Of a DNA stretch of 64,000 nt, positions 55,657 to 64,000 are shown piece by piece. The position numbers were made by a program, and so were the translations under genes. Every line of letters starts with the position of its first letter. Positions within the stretch are counted from its first letter, which is position 1. The stretch comes from Candidatus Shapirobacteria bacterium (lineage in GTDB: Bacteria > Patescibacteriota > Microgenomatia > UBA12405). Below the pieces are notes generated by a model. That model did no database searches. It had not been told where the DNA came from and saw only the letters and a list, made by a program, of their open reading frames with translations. The stretch is taken from the NCBI GenBank assembly GCA_030698565.1, contig JAUYJS010000005.1:154497-218496 (forward strand). Reading direction: 5' to 3'.

Positions 55657-56196
55657 TTATTTTTTTTCAAATCGAAGACCCAGGGCGGATAATAACATTT
55701 TTGCTTCATCTTTTGAAGAGGCATAAATGTTTAAGGTCACCTGGACTGAACGAATTTTAGTGACTTTATCCAAATTTACTTCAGGAAAATAAGTTTGGTC
55801 TTTTATGGTTAAATTATAATTTCCTTTGTCGTCAAATGCGGTGAGTGAAACACCTTTAAAATCGCGTAATCTAGGAAAAACTAAGTTAAATAATTTTTCA
55901 ACAAAATCATACATGCGTTTACCACGTAGGGTAACAACTAAAGCTAAAGGCTCGTTCATTCTTAATTTAAAAGAAGCGACGGCTTTTTTAGCTTTGGCTA
56001 ATCTGGGTTTTTGACCAGTGATAGCCATGATTTCGGCTTCAGCGGCATTCAAAGCTTCCTGACTCTCTCGGGCATCAGATACACGATGATTAATAACGAC
56101 TTTATTGAGACGAGGCAAAGAAAGAGCATTTCTTTTTTTACCTAATTCCTTGATCAAGTTTTCTTTGATGGTTTTATTGACTTGGGTACTTAACAT
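55657..56196 (-). CDS. rplE: 50S ribosomal protein L5
   Basis: Operon position and the L5 pattern. Confidence 0.85.
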   Translation of the reverse strand: MLSTQVNKTIKENLIKELGKKRNALSLPRLNKVVINHRVSDARESQEALNAAEAEIMAITGQKPRLAKAKKAVASFKLRMNEPLALVVTLRGKRMYDFVEKLFNLVFPRLRDFKGVSLTAFDDKGNYNLTIKDQTYFPEVNLDKVTKIRSVQVTLNIYASSKDEAKMLLSALGLRFEKK

Positions 56197-56200
56197 AGTT

Positions 56201-56527
56201 TTATTTTTTAATTTGAACAGAAACTAATACTGCTTGGCATTTTTTGCAGATTCGACTTTTGTCGCCGGCTTTGTCAATTTGATAACCTACTCTGGTAGCT
56301 TTTTTACATTGAGGGCAAATCAAGGCAACTTTACAAACATTCATTGGTCTTTCTTTTTCTATAATACTACCCTTTTGACCTTGAGTTGGTTTGATATGTT
56401 TTTTAAATATATTTAAACCCTTGACTGTTACACGGCTAGATTTTGGAAAACTACGAATAATTTCGCCTTCCCTATTTTTATCTTTACCGATTAATATTTT
56501 AACTTTATCGCCTTTTAAAATTTTCAT
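56201..56527 (-). CDS. rplX: 50S ribosomal protein L24 (with internal CxxC…CxxC zinc-ribbon-like insert)
   Basis: KOW motif MKILKGDKVKILIGKDKNREGEI; C-terminal CPQCKKATRVGYQIDKAGDKSRICKKCQ. Confidence 0.85.
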   Translation of the reverse strand: MKILKGDKVKILIGKDKNREGEIIRSFPKSSRVTVKGLNIFKKHIKPTQGQKGSIIEKERPMNVCKVALICPQCKKATRVGYQIDKAGDKSRICKKCQAVLVSVQIKK

Positions 56528-56529
56528 AA

Positions 56530-56898
56530 TTAGTAGACCTCTTTGGCCATTGATGCAATTTTGTTAAACCCAGCATCTTTTATTTCACGAGCGATTGGCC
56601 CAAAGATCCTGGTTCCTCGTGGATTATTTTGAGAATCAATTATAACACCGGCATTATCACTAAAGCGGATATAGGATCCATCGGCTCGACCATATTCTTT
56701 TCTGGTACGGACAATAACCATTTTAACCTTATCCTTCTTTTTGACTAAACTGTTGGGAATAGCCTCTCTGACGACAGCTAAAACCGTATCACCAATAGTA
56801 GCTTTTTTATGGAAAGAACCAGTGTAGACATGAATAACTTGGACAAGTCTGGCTCCGCAATTATCGGCTGGTTTGATTATACTTCTGAGCTGGACCAT
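56530..56898 (-). CDS. rplN: 50S ribosomal protein L14
   Basis: MVQLRSIIKPADNCGAR…. Confidence 0.9.
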   Translation of the reverse strand: MVQLRSIIKPADNCGARLVQVIHVYTGSFHKKATIGDTVLAVVREAIPNSLVKKKDKVKMVIVRTRKEYGRADGSYIRFSDNAGVIIDSQNNPRGTRIFGPIAREIKDAGFNKIASMAKEVY

Positions 56899-56901
56899 AG
56901 T

Positions 56902-57174
56902 TTATAAATGTTTTATTATTTCTAATGTAGTAAATCTTTTGATTTTACTTAATGGTCTAGTTTCTCGAACCAGAACCATATCACCTTCATTGGCCGATAA
57001 ATTATTCTCGGCATAAATTTTACTGCTTTTTTTTATAATTTTTTTGTAAAGCGGATGGCGACTTTTGTATTCCAATTTTACAACAATAGTGTTGGTCATT
57101 TTGTTGGAAACAACTTTACCAGTAAATGTTTTACCGGTTTTACCTGCTTCTTTTTTAATAATTTTATTTTTCAT
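56902..57174 (-). CDS. rpsQ: 30S ribosomal protein S17
   Basis: GKVVSNKMTNTIVVKLE…. Confidence 0.85.
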   Translation of the reverse strand: MKNKIIKKEAGKTGKTFTGKVVSNKMTNTIVVKLEYKSRHPLYKKIIKKSSKIYAENNLSANEGDMVLVRETRPLSKIKRFTTLEIIKHL

Positions 57175-57376
57175 TTTCTTTTTCTTTCAATAAAGTCAAG
57201 ATATATACAATCTCATATTTAATCTTTTTAAAGATAGAAGTATCCTTCTGATTGCCAGTATGAAATTTCATTCTGCTTTCAACTAAATTCTTTTTACTAT
57301 TAGAAAGAAGCTTTTGCAACTCAGCGACACTTTTTTGTCTGTAGGAGATTTTATCAGTTTTTTTCATAAATTCCAT
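57164..57376 (-). CDS. rpmC: 50S ribosomal protein L29
   Basis: …SVAELQKLLSNSKKNLVESRMKF…. Confidence 0.8.
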   Translation of the reverse strand: MEFMKKTDKISYRQKSVAELQKLLSNSKKNLVESRMKFHTGNQKDTSIFKKIKYEIVYILTLLKEKENEK

Positions 57377-57378
57377 AC

Positions 57379-57783
57379 CTATTTTCTTTTAATTATTTTA
57401 GTGATAACGGGTAATTTAGCAGATGCTAGTTTTAAAGCCACTGTTGCTTCTGACTCGGTGACTCCAGAAATTTCAAACATGATACGCCCAGGCTTAACTA
57501 CACTAACATAACCTTTGACATCACCCTTACCAGCACCCAATGGAGCACCAGCACCTTTTTCAGTAATTGGCTTGTCGGGGAAAATTCGAACCCACATACG
57601 ACCGGTTCTTTTGGTGGCATGAGCGATAGCTCGCCTGGCAGATTCGATTTGGTTGGCAGTGACCCAGCTACAGGTCATGGCTTTGAGACCATATTCACCA
57701 AAAGTAACTAGGTTACCTTTGGAGTTGCCGCGCATAGTACCTCTAAATTGTTTTCTATATTTGGTTCTGCTTGGTTGCAACAT
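57379..57783 (-). CDS. rplP: 50S ribosomal protein L16
   Basis: MLQPSRTKYRKQFRG…. Confidence 0.9.
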   Translation of the reverse strand: MLQPSRTKYRKQFRGTMRGNSKGNLVTFGEYGLKAMTCSWVTANQIESARRAIAHATKRTGRMWVRIFPDKPITEKGAGAPLGAGKGDVKGYVSVVKPGRIMFEISGVTESEATVALKLASAKLPVITKIIKRK

Positions 57784-57787
57784 AATT

Positions 57788-58429
57788 TTATCCTAAACAC
57801 AAATAAACTTTAACCCCAATATATCCTGAACGAGTCAGAGATGGGTTTTCAAAATAATCAATATTGGATCGAATTGTGCTTAGAGGAACTTTTCCTTGTG
57901 AAAATTTTTCTCGGCGACTAATTTCAGCACCGTTAATTCTACCGGAAAGAATAATTTTTATACCCTTGGCACCAGAAGACATAGATTTTTCCATGGCAGA
58001 TAAAACTACCCTACGATAAGGCATTCTCTTGGTTAGTTGATAGGCAATTTTTTCTGCTACTAATTTGGCTGATAAATCACTGTGCTTAAATTCTTCAACT
58101 TGGATTTCGATATTTATTTTACCAGAAGTTTTGACTAATAATTTTTGAATTTCTTTTTTGGTTGTTTCTAATTCTTTACCACCACGACCAATTACTAATC
58201 CTGGCCGGCTAACAATTAAAATCAATTTTATTTTTTTGACAGACCTTTCGATTCGAGTATCCACAATACCGGCTGAATATAATTTCTTTTGCAAAAGATC
58301 TCTGATGGACTTATCTTCCATTAAAAATTGAGGATATTTCTTTTTATCTGCAAACCAAGAAGACTTCCATTCGGGACTGTTTTTGACAGTCTCTAGTCTA
58401 AAAATGATAGGATTTACTTTTTGACCCAT
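57788..58429 (-). CDS. rpsC: 30S ribosomal protein S3
   Basis: MGQKVNPIIFRL… and KH domain. Confidence 0.9.
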   Translation of the reverse strand: MGQKVNPIIFRLETVKNSPEWKSSWFADKKKYPQFLMEDKSIRDLLQKKLYSAGIVDTRIERSVKKIKLILIVSRPGLVIGRGGKELETTKKEIQKLLVKTSGKINIEIQVEEFKHSDLSAKLVAEKIAYQLTKRMPYRRVVLSAMEKSMSSGAKGIKIILSGRINGAEISRREKFSQGKVPLSTIRSNIDYFENPSLTRSGYIGVKVYLCLG

Positions 58430-58432
58430 AAT

Positions 58433-58834
58433 TTATTTATTTCCTTTAACAATTATTTCAAGACGACTATGTCTTTTTTGAATAAGACCACGAGCAAAGC
58501 GAGAACCGTGGGACTTGTCCATTCTTTTAATCTTTTGACCTTCGTCGACTTTGATGATATCAAACTTTAATGTGTCTGTGTTTAAACCAAAATTATTTTT
58601 GGCATCAGCGATAACGTTTTGGACTGACTTGACAAGTAACCGGGCGGCTTTTGTATTGGTAAATTTAAGTTGAGTTAATGCAACCGAAGGAAGTAAGATT
58701 CTAATTCGGTTGACTAAAAGTCTTAATTTCCGAGGGGAAATCATTAAGTTTTTATTTTGATAACGCACACTGACGATCTGAATTTCTTTGACTTCAGTGA
58801 CAGCTGGTTTAATATTTTTAACAGTTTTTGCCAT
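58433..58834 (-). CDS. rplV: 50S ribosomal protein L22
   Basis: Operon position and L22 pattern. Confidence 0.8.
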   Translation of the reverse strand: MAKTVKNIKPAVTEVKEIQIVSVRYQNKNLMISPRKLRLLVNRIRILLPSVALTQLKFTNTKAARLLVKSVQNVIADAKNNFGLNTDTLKFDIIKVDEGQKIKRMDKSHGSRFARGLIQKRHSRLEIIVKGNK

Positions 58835-58837
58835 AGT

Positions 58838-59110
58838 TTATGTCTTTTCAACAACTCTTTTAACAACACGTCCATGACCCTTAAAGGTTCTGGTAGGAGA
58901 AAATTCGCCTAAGCGATGTCCGACCATATCTTCAGTTACATAAACATTAATAAATTTTTTTCCATTATGAACTTCAAAATTTTTGCCGACGAAATCAGGT
59001 GATATTTGACTTCTTCGAGCATATGTTTTGATTGATCCAGCTGTTTGGGCTTGAACTTTTTTTATAAGTTTGGCATCAATATATGGACCTTTTTTGGAAC
59101 TTCTGGACAT
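58838..59110 (-). CDS. rpsS: 30S ribosomal protein S19
   Basis: [12 protein letters not shown]…GHGR…. Confidence 0.9.
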   Translation of the reverse strand: MSRSSKKGPYIDAKLIKKVQAQTAGSIKTYARRSQISPDFVGKNFEVHNGKKFINVYVTEDMVGHRLGEFSPTRTFKGHGRVVKRVVEKT

Positions 59111-59853
59111 TATTTGCGTCGTTTAACAATTAATCTATTGGAGGTATTTTTGCGTTTGCGAGTTCTTTTACCCATGGCTGGTTTACCCCATGGAGTTTTT
59201 GGATTCATACCAATTGAACTTCGACCTTCACCACCGCCGTGTGGATGGGAGTGAGGATTTTGAGCAACTCCTCGGACAGAAGGACGGATACCACGATGTC
59301 GTGAATCTCCGGCTTTAACTAATTTTTGGTTAATATGATCAACATTGCTAACTTGGCCAATGGTTGCTTTGGAGTCGGCATCAAAAATTCTGATTTCTCC
59401 GGAAGGAAGTTTAATAATAGCTTTCTTGTTGTCGATGCTTTGAACATAGGCAGCAGCTCCGGCGGTTTTAATTACTTTAGCTGGTTGGCCTTTTTTGAAT
59501 GCAAGAGCATGAATCGGAATACCAATTGGAATATTTTTGATTAATAAACAATTGCCTTCTTTGATTGGAGCGGCATCTGTGGAAATTAAAACATCATCAA
59601 CTTTGAGATTGGCTGTGGCCAAAATATAAGATTTACTGCCGTCTTCATAATGAAGAAGGGCAATATTGGCGGTTCGATTTGGATCGTATTCAATGGCGGC
59701 TACCTTGGCTTTAATATCGATTTTGTCTCTTTTCCAATCAATTTCTCTTAGAAATCTTTTTTGTTCTCCACCGCGATGTCGGATAGAAACATGGCCTTGA
59801 GAATCTCGTCCGCTAGTTTTTTTCTTAATAGTTAATAATGATTTGACTGCCAT
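59110..59853 (-). CDS. rplB: 50S ribosomal protein L2 (short, 247 aa)
   Basis: …[19 protein letters not shown]… and C-terminal HPHGGGEGR. Confidence 0.9.
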   Translation of the reverse strand: MAVKSLLTIKKKTSGRDSQGHVSIRHRGGEQKRFLREIDWKRDKIDIKAKVAAIEYDPNRTANIALLHYEDGSKSYILATANLKVDDVLISTDAAPIKEGNCLLIKNIPIGIPIHALAFKKGQPAKVIKTAGAAAYVQSIDNKKAIIKLPSGEIRIFDADSKATIGQVSNVDHINQKLVKAGDSRHRGIRPSVRGVAQNPHSHPHGGGEGRSSIGMNPKTPWGKPAMGKRTRKRKNTSNRLIVKRRK

Positions 59854-59856
59854 GGT

Positions 59857-60162
59857 TTATTTGGTTTTAAGAGTTAATAATTCGATTTTTTGATCTTTTT
59901 TGATAAAAATCACAGCTTTCTTCCTGTCGGGTTTATTGATGGTTTTCTTCTTGCGCCAATCTGTTTTGAGTTTACCTTTGATAATATAGGTATTGACTCG
60001 AATTGGATCAATTGAAAAAACCATTTTAAAAGCTTCGGCTATTTGATTCTTGTTGGAGTATGTATTAACCCAAAAAGAATAGTAACCTCTCTCTTGCAGA
60101 GCTAAGGATTTTTCCGTAACAATTGGTTTTAATATAATATTTTGTGGGCTTAATAAGTTCAT
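59857..60162 (-). CDS. rplW: 50S ribosomal protein L23
   Basis: Operon position and L23 pattern. Confidence 0.8.
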   Translation of the reverse strand: MNLLSPQNIILKPIVTEKSLALQERGYYSFWVNTYSNKNQIAEAFKMVFSIDPIRVNTYIIKGKLKTDWRKKKTINKPDRKKAVIFIKKDQKIELLTLKTK

Positions 60163-60164
60163 GT

Positions 60165-60800
60165 TTATTTGATGATTTTGGCCACTGCTTTTTTGCTAAA
60201 GATCAAAAAGTTTTGGTTTGACAAATCATAAACATTTAAAGATTTTAAAGATAAAAGATTGGTTTTAGGAAGATTTCGAAAAGCTCTTCTCACATTATTC
60301 AGGGTTTTTGTCGTTATAATGCCAACCTTTGAGCTGTCTGATAATACTTCATTTACAGCTCTTAGTCCAGTGAGCAATTTTAAACCTTTTTTGGTTTTAG
60401 GATCGATAGAACCGATTTTGTCGATGACTAAAATCCTTTTATCTTGAGCAAATTTTGTCAAGATTGAATTTAGAGCGGCAATTTTCATTTTTTGAGGCAA
60501 TTTTAGGGTGTAGTTTTGCACACCTCGGGGTCCAAAAGTTACGCCTCCGCCAACAAATAGAGAGGCTTTACGTGAACCATGTCGGGCGCGTCCAGTACCT
60601 TTTTGAGCCCAAACTTTTTGGGTGGTTCCAATGACTTCTGCTCTAGTTTTAGTTTTAGCGTAAGAATGATGTTGATTAGCCAAATAAACTCTAATTGCTT
60701 GAGCAATGAGCTGTTCGGAAATCTTGGCATCGAAGACTGATTTTGGCAAAGTAATTTCGCTTAACTTTTCTGCTTTAGTATTGTAAACTGCGGTTTTCAT
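60165..60800 (-). CDS. rplD: 50S ribosomal protein L4
   Basis: Operon position and L4 pattern (…[10 protein letters not shown]…). Confidence 0.85.
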   Translation of the reverse strand: MKTAVYNTKAEKLSEITLPKSVFDAKISEQLIAQAIRVYLANQHHSYAKTKTRAEVIGTTQKVWAQKGTGRARHGSRKASLFVGGGVTFGPRGVQNYTLKLPQKMKIAALNSILTKFAQDKRILVIDKIGSIDPKTKKGLKLLTGLRAVNEVLSDSSKVGIITTKTLNNVRRAFRNLPKTNLLSLKSLNVYDLSNQNFLIFSKKAVAKIIK

Positions 60801-60804
60801 ATAA

Positions 60805-61428
60805 TTAGATTTTCTTTAAAATGGTAATCCAGGAATTAAAACTACCAGGAATCGAACCACTGATTGCTATTTCATTAGTTTCTTTGTTTATACTAATGAT
60901 TTTTAATCCAGTAACTGTTTTGTTTTTATTACCGTAATGACCTGGCATTTTTTTACCTCGAACAACCTTGCCTGGGGTTTGAGCACCAATAGAACCTGGA
61001 GCTCTAACTCTGTCTGATTGCCCACCAGAAACTGGTTGACGTTGAAAACCCCACCTTTTGATAACACCAGCGAAACCTCTACCCTTGGAAACACCAGTAA
61101 CATCAACTATGTCGCCGACTGAGAAAACATTGTCTACTGAGATGTCAGTACCAATTTCAATATTTTGATCTGTTACGGCTTTAAATTCTTTGAAATGATT
61201 GGGTTTTATCTCTAGTTTAATTTTTGAAAGTTTATCGAGGGTGGCTTTGTCTAATTTCTTCTTTGTTCCGTAAGCAATTTGAACAGATTGATATTTGTCT
61301 TTATCTTGGGTTTTTATTTGAGTAACTTTGACAGGTAATGCTTGACACCTGGTTACAGAAATTCTGTTACCGTTTTCTAAAAAAACACTGGTCATATGAC
61401 CTTTTTTTACAATGAATCCTGAAATCAT
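60805..61428 (-). CDS. rplC: 50S ribosomal protein L3
   Basis: …[17 protein letters not shown]…. Confidence 0.9.
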   Translation of the reverse strand: MISGFIVKKGHMTSVFLENGNRISVTRCQALPVKVTQIKTQDKDKYQSVQIAYGTKKKLDKATLDKLSKIKLEIKPNHFKEFKAVTDQNIEIGTDISVDNVFSVGDIVDVTGVSKGRGFAGVIKRWGFQRQPVSGGQSDRVRAPGSIGAQTPGKVVRGKKMPGHYGNKNKTVTGLKIISINKETNEIAISGSIPGSFNSWITILKKI

Positions 61429-61431
61429 AGT

Positions 61432-61743
61432 TTACATCTTAATTTCTACTTCCACGCCAGAAGGTAGGTCTAGGTGCTGAAGAGAATCTACAGTACGAAG
61501 GCTGGTGTTGGAAATATCGATAAGCCTCTTATGAGTAAGAATTTGATAATGATCCCGAGCATTTTTATCTGTGTGGGGACTAGTAAGAACGGTAATTAGT
61601 TTTCTATCTGTGGGCAAAGGAATAGGTCCTTGCACTTGAGCACCAGCGGTAACCGCAGCCTCAACTATTTTGATAGCTGCTTCATCGATAATTCGATGAT
61701 CAAAAGATTTTAATCTAATTCGGATACGGTTACCTTTGGCCAT
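61432..61743 (-). CDS. rpsJ: 30S ribosomal protein S10
   Basis: [14 protein letters not shown]…. Confidence 0.9.
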   Translation of the reverse strand: MAKGNRIRIRLKSFDHRIIDEAAIKIVEAAVTAGAQVQGPIPLPTDRKLITVLTSPHTDKNARDHYQILTHKRLIDISNTSLRTVDSLQHLDLPSGVEVEIKM

Positions 61744-61745
61744 AA

Positions 61746-62918
61746 TTATTTTATGATTTCTGTGATAGCGCCGGCACCAACTGTCAAACCACCTTCGCGG
61801 ATAGCGAATCTTTGACCTGGTTGCATGGCCACAGGTTTAATTAATGTAATTGTAACGTTAGCATTGTCACCTGGCATAATCATTTCGGTACCATCGGCTA
61901 ATTTTACATCGCCGGTAACATCAGTAGTTCTAATGAACACTTGAGGTCGGTAACCTGAAAAGATAGGAGTATGACGACCACCTTCTTCTTTTTTGAGTAA
62001 TAAGACTTCAGCTTTGAATTCGGTATGAGGAGTAATGGAAGCAGCTTTGGATAAAATTTGTCCCCTTTCAATGTCTTCTTTTTCTACACCGCGGAGCAAC
62101 AAACCAACATTGTCGCCAGCTTGACCTTGATCAAGAATTTTGTGGAACATTTCTACTCCAGTAACGACTGCTTTTTTGGTGTCTCTTAAACCTACGATTT
62201 CAATTTCATCATTGACCTTAACAATACCTTTTTCAATTCTACCGGTGGCAACGGTACCTCTACCTTTGATGGAGAAGACGTCTTCAATTGGCATTAAAAA
62301 TGGTTTGTCGAGTTCGCGTACAGGTTCAGGAATATAATTGTCGAGTGCATCCATTAATTTTTTAATGGATTCAACACCATCGGCATCACCGTTTAGGGCT
62401 TTAAGAGCTGAACCACGAATAATTGGAGTTTCGTCACCTGGGAATCCGTATTTAGTTAATAAATCACGAATTTCCATCTCGACTAAATCTAAGAATTCAG
62501 GATCTTCAACTAAATCAACTTTATTTAAGAAAACAACTAAGGATGGAACGTTTACTTGTTTGGCCAAAAGAACGTGTTCTCTAGTTTGAGGCATAGGGCC
62601 GTCTGGAGCAGAAACAACCAAAATAGCACCATCCATTTGGGCAGCACCCGTGATCATGTTTTTTACATAATCAGCATGTCCCGGACAATCGATGTGAGCA
62701 TAATGTCTTTTTTCAGTTTCGTATTCAATATGAGAAATAGCAATGGTGACGATTTTAGAGGAGTCTCTAACAGTACCACCTTTTGCAATATCAGCGTAAG
62801 ATTTGGCGCTTCCTTGGATCTTGGACATAGCTGCCGTTAAAGTAGTTTTACCATGATCCACATGACCGATAGTGCCAACGTTAACGTGAGGTTTGGTTCT
62901 TTTATATGTGTCTGCCAT
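61746..62918 (-). CDS. tuf: elongation factor Tu
   Basis: [13 protein letters not shown]…DCPGHADY…NKVD…. Confidence 0.95.
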   Translation of the reverse strand: MADTYKRTKPHVNVGTIGHVDHGKTTLTAAMSKIQGSAKSYADIAKGGTVRDSSKIVTIAISHIEYETEKRHYAHIDCPGHADYVKNMITGAAQMDGAILVVSAPDGPMPQTREHVLLAKQVNVPSLVVFLNKVDLVEDPEFLDLVEMEIRDLLTKYGFPGDETPIIRGSALKALNGDADGVESIKKLMDALDNYIPEPVRELDKPFLMPIEDVFSIKGRGTVATGRIEKGIVKVNDEIEIVGLRDTKKAVVTGVEMFHKILDQGQAGDNVGLLLRGVEKEDIERGQILSKAASITPHTEFKAEVLLLKKEEGGRHTPIFSGYRPQVFIRTTDVTGDVKLADGTEMIMPGDNANVTITLIKPVAMQPGQRFAIREGGLTVGAGAITEIIK

Positions 62919-63038
62919 TTGTTTTCTCCTTTGTTGTTTTTTGTCTTTTGAGGACTAATTTATAATTAATAATATTTTAGCTTAAAATGCTTTAAGATTG
63001 TATCAACTAATCTTTTTGTTTGCAACACAGTAAAACTG

Positions 63039-64000
63039 TTAAGATTTGACAGTTTTACTAATAAGTAACCCTTCCTGAATTTCGCGAGGAACTGGATCAT
63101 AATGGCTTGGTTCCATATAAAAAGAACCGCGGCCTTGAGTCAAGCTACGAATTACAGTAGCATAACCTCTAACTGCTTCTAGTGGGATAAAAGCCATGAC
63201 GGTAGTAAAGTTTCCCGATTCTGTGGTTCCATTAATTTGGCCGCGCCTGGAAGAAAGGTCTCCAATAACTGAACCTAAAAATTCAGAGGGAGTGCTGACT
63301 TCAAATTTCATAATAGGTTCCAAGATTATTGGTCTGGCTTTTTCGAAAGCATATTTTATGGCGTAAGAACTGGCCAATTTAAAGGCCATTTCGGATGAGT
63401 CGACTTCGTGATAAGTACCGTCGTAAACAGTTACTTTTATATCTGTGGCGGGGTATCCAGCGATAATACCTTTTTTCAAAGTTTCTTTGACACCTTTTTC
63501 AATTGCAGGAATAAAATTGGCTGGAATGGCACCGCCTTTGACGGCGTTTACAAATTCGTAACCCTCACCTCTGTTTTTTGGTTCAATTTTGATTTTACAA
63601 TGACCATACTGACCATGACCACCAGATTGATGAATGTATTTACCTTCGCCCTCGGCATTGGCACTGATTGTTTCTCGATAGGCAACTTGAGGTGAACCGG
63701 TTTTAACATTGACACCAAATTCTCTTTTAAGACGGTCGACAACTATTTCCAAATAAAGCTCGCCCATGCCAGCAATAATTGTTTGTCCGGTTTCGTGGTT
63801 ATAAGTAACTCTAAAGGTAGGATCTTCGATGGCTAGTTTGTTTAGAGCGGTACCCATTTTTTCTTGATCATCGGCAGTTGCTGGTTCAATAGACAAAGAT
63901 ATGACTGGTTCAGAAAATTGAATTGGAGACAAGGATATAGGATTGCTCTTGTCACACAAACTGTCGCCAGTTGTCGACTCTTTTAGACCGATACAAGCAA
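63039..64000 (-). CDS. fusA: elongation factor G (C-terminal part; N-terminus beyond window)
   Basis: Domains III-V of EF-G (…GMGELYLEIVVDRLKREFG…); the frame is open to the window end. Confidence 0.85.
   Translation of the reverse strand, partial: ACIGLKESTTGDSLCDKSNPISLSPIQFSEPVISLSIEPATADDQEKMGTALNKLAIEDPTFRVTYNHETGQTIIAGMGELYLEIVVDRLKREFGVNVKTGSPQVAYRETISANAEGEGKYIHQSGGHGQYGHCKIKIEPKNRGEGYEFVNAVKGGAIPANFIPAIEKGVKETLKKGIIAGYPATDIKVTVYDGTYHEVDSSEMAFKLASSYAIKYAFEKARPIILEPIMKFEVSTPSEFLGSVIGDLSSRRGQINGTTESGNFTTVMAFIPLEAVRGYATVIRSLTQGRGSFYMEPSHYDPVPREIQEGLLISKTVKS

Noticed and set aside
1-64000. CRISPR arrays, rRNA genes, IS elements with terminal inverted repeats
   Set aside because: No regularly spaced direct repeats, no rRNA-like conserved blocks and no transposase ORFs were seen anywhere in the window.

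Overview
Low-GC (~33%), tightly packed bacterial chromosome segment that looks like a Candidate Phyla Radiation (Patescibacteria) genome. This is suggested by the absence of rpmD (L30) between rpsE and rplO, a minimal ~266-nt RNase P RNA, many abutting or overlapping short genes, and fused/reduced proteins. The right third (47.2-64 kb, minus strand) is the conserved S10-spc-alpha ribosomal super-operon: fusA(partial)-tuf-rpsJ...rplO-secY-adk-infA-rpmJ-rpsM-rpsK-rpsD-rpoA-rplQ-rplM-rpsI, ending in a clean terminator. The left part carries housekeeping genes (pyk, trmD, gltX, aspS, recJ, cca, secDF, miaA, ychF, hup, rny, recA-recX), an envelope glycosylation module, and a probable cell-surface fibre locus (SipW-type signal peptidase fused to a large extracellular domain, a TasA/camelysin-like protein with SipW-cognate signal peptide, VanZ, Pro/Thr-rich anchored protein, CAP-domain protein). 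RNA elements found by eye are a tRNA-Pro(GGG), an RNase P RNA, and a candidate Asp-specific T-box leader/attenuator in front of aspS. The most unusual region is a ~7.2 kb accessory island (37.1-44.4 kb) inserted at the 3' end of tRNA-Pro. Its large serine recombinase gene reads through the tRNA 3' half. It carries phage-derived remnants (TerS-like HTH, Mu-F/SPP1-gp7-like HxxCRC fragment), an XRE repressor with a perfect 14-bp palindromic operator, and a three-gene minus-strand operon ending in a coiled-coil protein fused to an Mrr-type (PD-(D/E)xK) restriction-endonuclease domain. I regard this operon as a candidate uncharacterised anti-phage / abortive-infection system. A decayed gene-poor tract and a strong GC-rich hairpin at a putative degenerate attR follow it. 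Other oddities are an RHH-nucleotidyltransferase fusion, an AspRS-YbaK deacylase fusion, a Zn-ribbon form of L24, and an unannotated 58-aa ORF with a perfect SD. All calls are from reading the sequence and ORF translations; no searches were run.
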